A DNA stretch of 54,332 nucleotides from Chthonomonadales bacterium (lineage in GTDB: Bacteria; Armatimonadota; Chthonomonadetes; Chthonomonadales; CAJBBX01). The stretch spans positions 1 to 54,332 of the forward strand of contig JBKJZI010000236.1 of NCBI GenBank assembly GCA_046715155.1, read 5' to 3'. This document shows, in pieces, positions 51,966-54,332 of the stretch (position 1 is its first letter; every line of letters begins with the position of its first letter). The notes under the pieces are model-generated. The model was not told the DNA's origin. It searched no databases and saw nothing but the letters and a program-made list of their open reading frames with translations. Made by a program: the position numbers and the translations under genes.

Positions 51966-53450
51966 ATGCCAAGAAACGACAACCTTTTCCAGGACCCGGA
52001 TTCTCTCCGAAAGAAAGGCTGGTTGCCGCAATCCGAAGCCGCCAGGCTCCTCGGACTCCCCCCAACTGAAATGATCAGTTGGGACTTCATCGACGCCGAG
52101 CAGCGAACCGAAGACGGCGGCAACTGGGTCAAGCTCCTCCCCGAAGTCGCCGCCAAACACGGCCTCACAAAACCGCCCAAGCCGTCACCCGCCACCCGTC
52201 CTCCGTCCAAAAGTCCAAAATCCAAAATCCAAAATCCAAAAATAGATAACCCCCGTATCGTCGAGCTGAACCACCAGAAACTCCTACGTCCCTGGTTCAA
52301 CGGCGCCTACGCCCGAACCGTCCGCGAAGCCGCTGAAGAGTTGGGCGTCTCCGCTGCCTACATTCAGGGAATCGCCCGGAACCGTCTCAACGCCATCAAA
52401 CGTGAGGGCATCCTCTGGATTCCCCAGGACGAGATCGACCTTCATCGCTGGCGGCAGGAGCGCTGGGCCGAGCTGGGGGGTCAATGGACTTCTTATGGCC
52501 GGAAGTGGAAAAAAGGCACGGAACCCGTCCCGGAGCCGGAGCCGGAGCTCACGCTCGACGATCTTGGAGAGCCCGTTGGCGCCGACGTCTGGATAACTGC
52601 CAGGGAAGCAGCCGCCATTCTCGGATTCAATCCTCCATTCGTCAATCAACTTGCGCGGCAGGGAAAACTCAACTTTCGAGTGGAGTCCGCGCCCGATAGC
52701 ACGCGCGGTAGAGGGCATTTACTGAGCCGCAAGCGGCTTGTGTACAATATGGCCGAAGTGCTCAAATACGAAATGCGGCGAGCGGAAGAAAGCTGGAAGC
52801 GGAATATCTCGCCGAAGGAATGGAACCATGACCGGCGTCGCCCCATTCTTCGTAGCTGGCGCGACATACCCCCGACCGTAAACCTGATCTCCGCCCGCAA
52901 GGCGGCGCAAATCCTCGGCGTTTCCAAGCAGACTCTCGCCGGCATCGTTAAGCGCGGCCGCCTGTTCATATGGAGCGCCCGACACGGTAAGCGCGGCGCG
53001 CCAACATTCAACAGCGAAGATCAAGTAATGCGATACGCCTCCAATCCCGATCGCCTGGCAAGGAGAGCGGCCTACTTTAGTCCCCCGAAAGAGAAGCAAC
53101 CCTATGCCGAGGACGGCCTGCTGAAGGAGTGGGCAGACTGGCAAGAGGATAACGGACTGTTAGACCACCACCCGAACCCCAAAAAGGCGCGCGACGTCGG
53201 CGAATTCTACACCACGCGCCAGGCTGCACAGGTTCTTGGGGTAAGCGCATCCGCGGTCCGGGCCATGCGGGATAGGCGGCGGATTAAGGGTTACCGGAGC
53301 CGCAAAACCTGGATCCGTGAGAACCCAAACTCCTACTGGTTCTTTAAGAAAGAAGACATCCACGCCCTGCTACACGACGAGAAATACCGTCGCCTGCGCG
53401 ACGACGCAAAACGGAAGAACTTCGAAACCCAACGCCGCCGCTCCTCCTGA
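51966..53450 (+). CDS. protein with five tandem excisionase/MerR-type HTH (HTH_17-like) domains
   Basis: RBS AAGAGGAAG. Five units of pattern x[ST]xx[EQ]AAxxLG[VLF]-x8-10-G-x-[LI]: LPQSEAARLLGLPPTEM, RTVREAAEELGVSAAYIQGIARNRL, ITAREAAAILGFNPPFVNQLARQGKL, ISARKAAQILGVSKQTLAGIVKRGRL, YTTRQAAQVLGVSASAVRAMRDRRRI. Confidence 0.75.
   Translation: MPRNDNLFQDPDSLRKKGWLPQSEAARLLGLPPTEMISWDFIDAEQRTEDGGNWVKLLPEVAAKHGLTKPPKPSPATRPPSKSPKSKIQNPKIDNPRIVELNHQKLLRPWFNGAYARTVREAAEELGVSAAYIQGIARNRLNAIKREGILWIPQDEIDLHRWRQERWAELGGQWTSYGRKWKKGTEPVPEPEPELTLDDLGEPVGADVWITAREAAAILGFNPPFVNQLARQGKLNFRVESAPDSTRGRGHLLSRKRLVYNMAEVLKYEMRRAEESWKRNISPKEWNHDRRRPILRSWRDIPPTVNLISARKAAQILGVSKQTLAGIVKRGRLFIWSARHGKRGAPTFNSEDQVMRYASNPDRLARRAAYFSPPKEKQPYAEDGLLKEWADWQEDNGLLDHHPNPKKARDVGEFYTTRQAAQVLGVSASAVRAMRDRRRIKGYRSRKTWIRENPNSYWFFKKEDIHALLHDEKYRRLRDDAKRKNFETQRRRSS
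52206..52241 (+). repeat. TCCAAAA heptamer array inside the multi-HTH coding sequence
   Basis: TCCAAAA at 52206, a single g, then four perfect tandem TCCAAAA units at 52214-52241. It encodes the linker SKSPKSKIQNPKI. Confidence 0.9.
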
Positions 53451-53533
53451 TACCGCAGCTCGATTACGTTCATGCGCCTCAACATCACGGGAAGCGTATA
53501 CCCTCCCGCGCGTCCGGAGGACGATTTTCCCAG

Positions 53534-53553
53534 CCGGGGATTTGAATCCCCGG
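53534..53553 (+). terminator. 8-bp hairpin plus T-rich tail after the multi-HTH gene
   Basis: ccggggat-ttga-atccccgg, followed by ttctgctt. Confidence 0.55.
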
Positions 53554-53568
53554 TTCTGCTTAACGCCT

Positions 53569-54332
53569 TCAGATTCCGGCCGTCAATACTCGCTCTGTAG
53601 CTTCCAGCGTCGCGTCGATGTCGGATTCGGTGTGTGCGGTGGAGATGCTTCCCTGTTTGGTGGGGAGGGGGAAATTGTAGATACCTTCCTCGATGAGAGC
53701 GCGGCGGTAGCGAAGGTCGCGGGGCATGTCGTGGTTTTCGGCGAGGTCGTGCCAGTCTTGCGGGTCGTGGTCCATAAAATACGCGCAGAAGGCGGATCCC
53801 TGTCTTCCTACAGTGGCCGCGATTCCGTGCGTGCGGAATAGGTCAGTCAGCCCCTCTTCCATGCATTTACCCATTCTCTCTAGCCGTGGGTAAATGTCTT
53901 CTTCCTCCCGAATTAGCTTCTCTAGCGTGGCGATGGCGGCGGCGACGGGAATCGGATGGCCGTTGTAGGTCCCTGATATCATCACTCGGCGCGCGGGGTC
54001 CGGCTGCGAAAAAAAGTCCATGATCCCGGCTATCCCACCGATGGCCCCCAGCGGGTAGCCGTTCGCGATAGCCTTGCCGAAAATCGAGAGATCGGGCGTC
54101 ACGCCCGCGATAGATTGATATCCGCCCAGCGCGTGTCGGAATCCGGTCTTTACCTCGTCGAAAACGAGGACCACGCCGAATTGGTCGCAAAGCGCGCGCA
54201 GACCTGCAAGGTACCCCGGCAGCGGCTTCACCACACCAATGTTCTGTAGAATCGGCTCCGTGATAAGGCAGGCGGCCGGATTCCGCTCGAAGACCCACTG
54301 AACGGAATCGAGATCATTGAAGTTCACGACGT
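53569..54332 (-). CDS. class-III PLP-dependent aminotransferase (GSA-aminomutase-like), C-terminal part; the 5' end lies beyond the window
   Basis: VLVFDEVKTGFR (PLP-Lys block) and TYNGHPIPVAAAIATLEKL. The ORF is open to the window edge. Confidence 0.88.
   Translation of the reverse strand, partial: VVNFNDLDSVQWVFERNPAACLITEPILQNIGVVKPLPGYLAGLRALCDQFGVVLVFDEVKTGFRHALGGYQSIAGVTPDLSIFGKAIANGYPLGAIGGIAGIMDFFSQPDPARRVMISGTYNGHPIPVAAAIATLEKLIREEEDIYPRLERMGKCMEEGLTDLFRTHGIAATVGRQGSAFCAYFMDHDPQDWHDLAENHDMPRDLRYRRALIEEGIYNFPLPTKQGSISTAHTESDIDATLEATERVLTAGI

Noticed and set aside
1-54332. Genome-wide reassignment of TGA (Gly/Trp codes) as an explanation for the three in-frame TGAs
   Set aside because: TGA cleanly terminates several well-supported genes here (for example 3033-3035, 3780-3782, 16248-16250, 17771-17773, 41458-41460, 50898-50900). 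The three read-through candidates are all at thioredoxin-fold redox positions.

Overview
GC-rich (about 60% by eye) chromosomal window with about 50 protein genes and one tRNA-Ser(GCU). I found no rRNA, CRISPR array, transposase, integrase or prophage genes. The coding content mixes three groups. Housekeeping genes: a 3' fragment of acs, serA, def, fmt, an acyl-CoA carboxylase carboxyltransferase, an SDR and a class-III aminotransferase fragment. Exported hydrolases: M1 aminopeptidase, sulfatase, GH78 rhamnosidase, sialate O-acetylesterase, HtrA-like protease, M48, NlpC/P60 and SLT. Others: a DUF1559-type pseudopilin (typical of Planctomycetota/Armatimonadota-like lineages), a vapBC module, a decayed TA remnant and a BTAD-ATPase-TPR regulator. 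Four observations stand out. (1) Three genes carry an in-frame TGA at a thioredoxin-fold redox position. One is a peroxiredoxin with TGA at the peroxidatic-Cys column. The other two are paralogous exported proteins of unassigned family with TGA at the same alignment column. All three are selenoprotein candidates. (2) The quasi-palindrome GGAWTCC (often CGGAWTCCG) occurs about 89 times by hand count, against about 7 expected from base composition, in all codon phases and in intergenic DNA. Its core is GANTC, and the window also encodes an orphan CcrM-type GANTC adenine methyltransferase. (3) At least seven intergenic hairpins have arms built from tandem 7- or 8-nt units. A frameshifted GxxExxY gene is also inserted between def and fmt inside a long inverted repeat. 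(4) A protein with five tandem excisionase-type HTH domains lies downstream of a 36-bp palindrome and 18-bp-spaced direct repeats. Start codons were refined by eye from RBS and signal-peptide context and are less certain than stop codons. All homology calls rest on motif recognition from memory, not on database searches.
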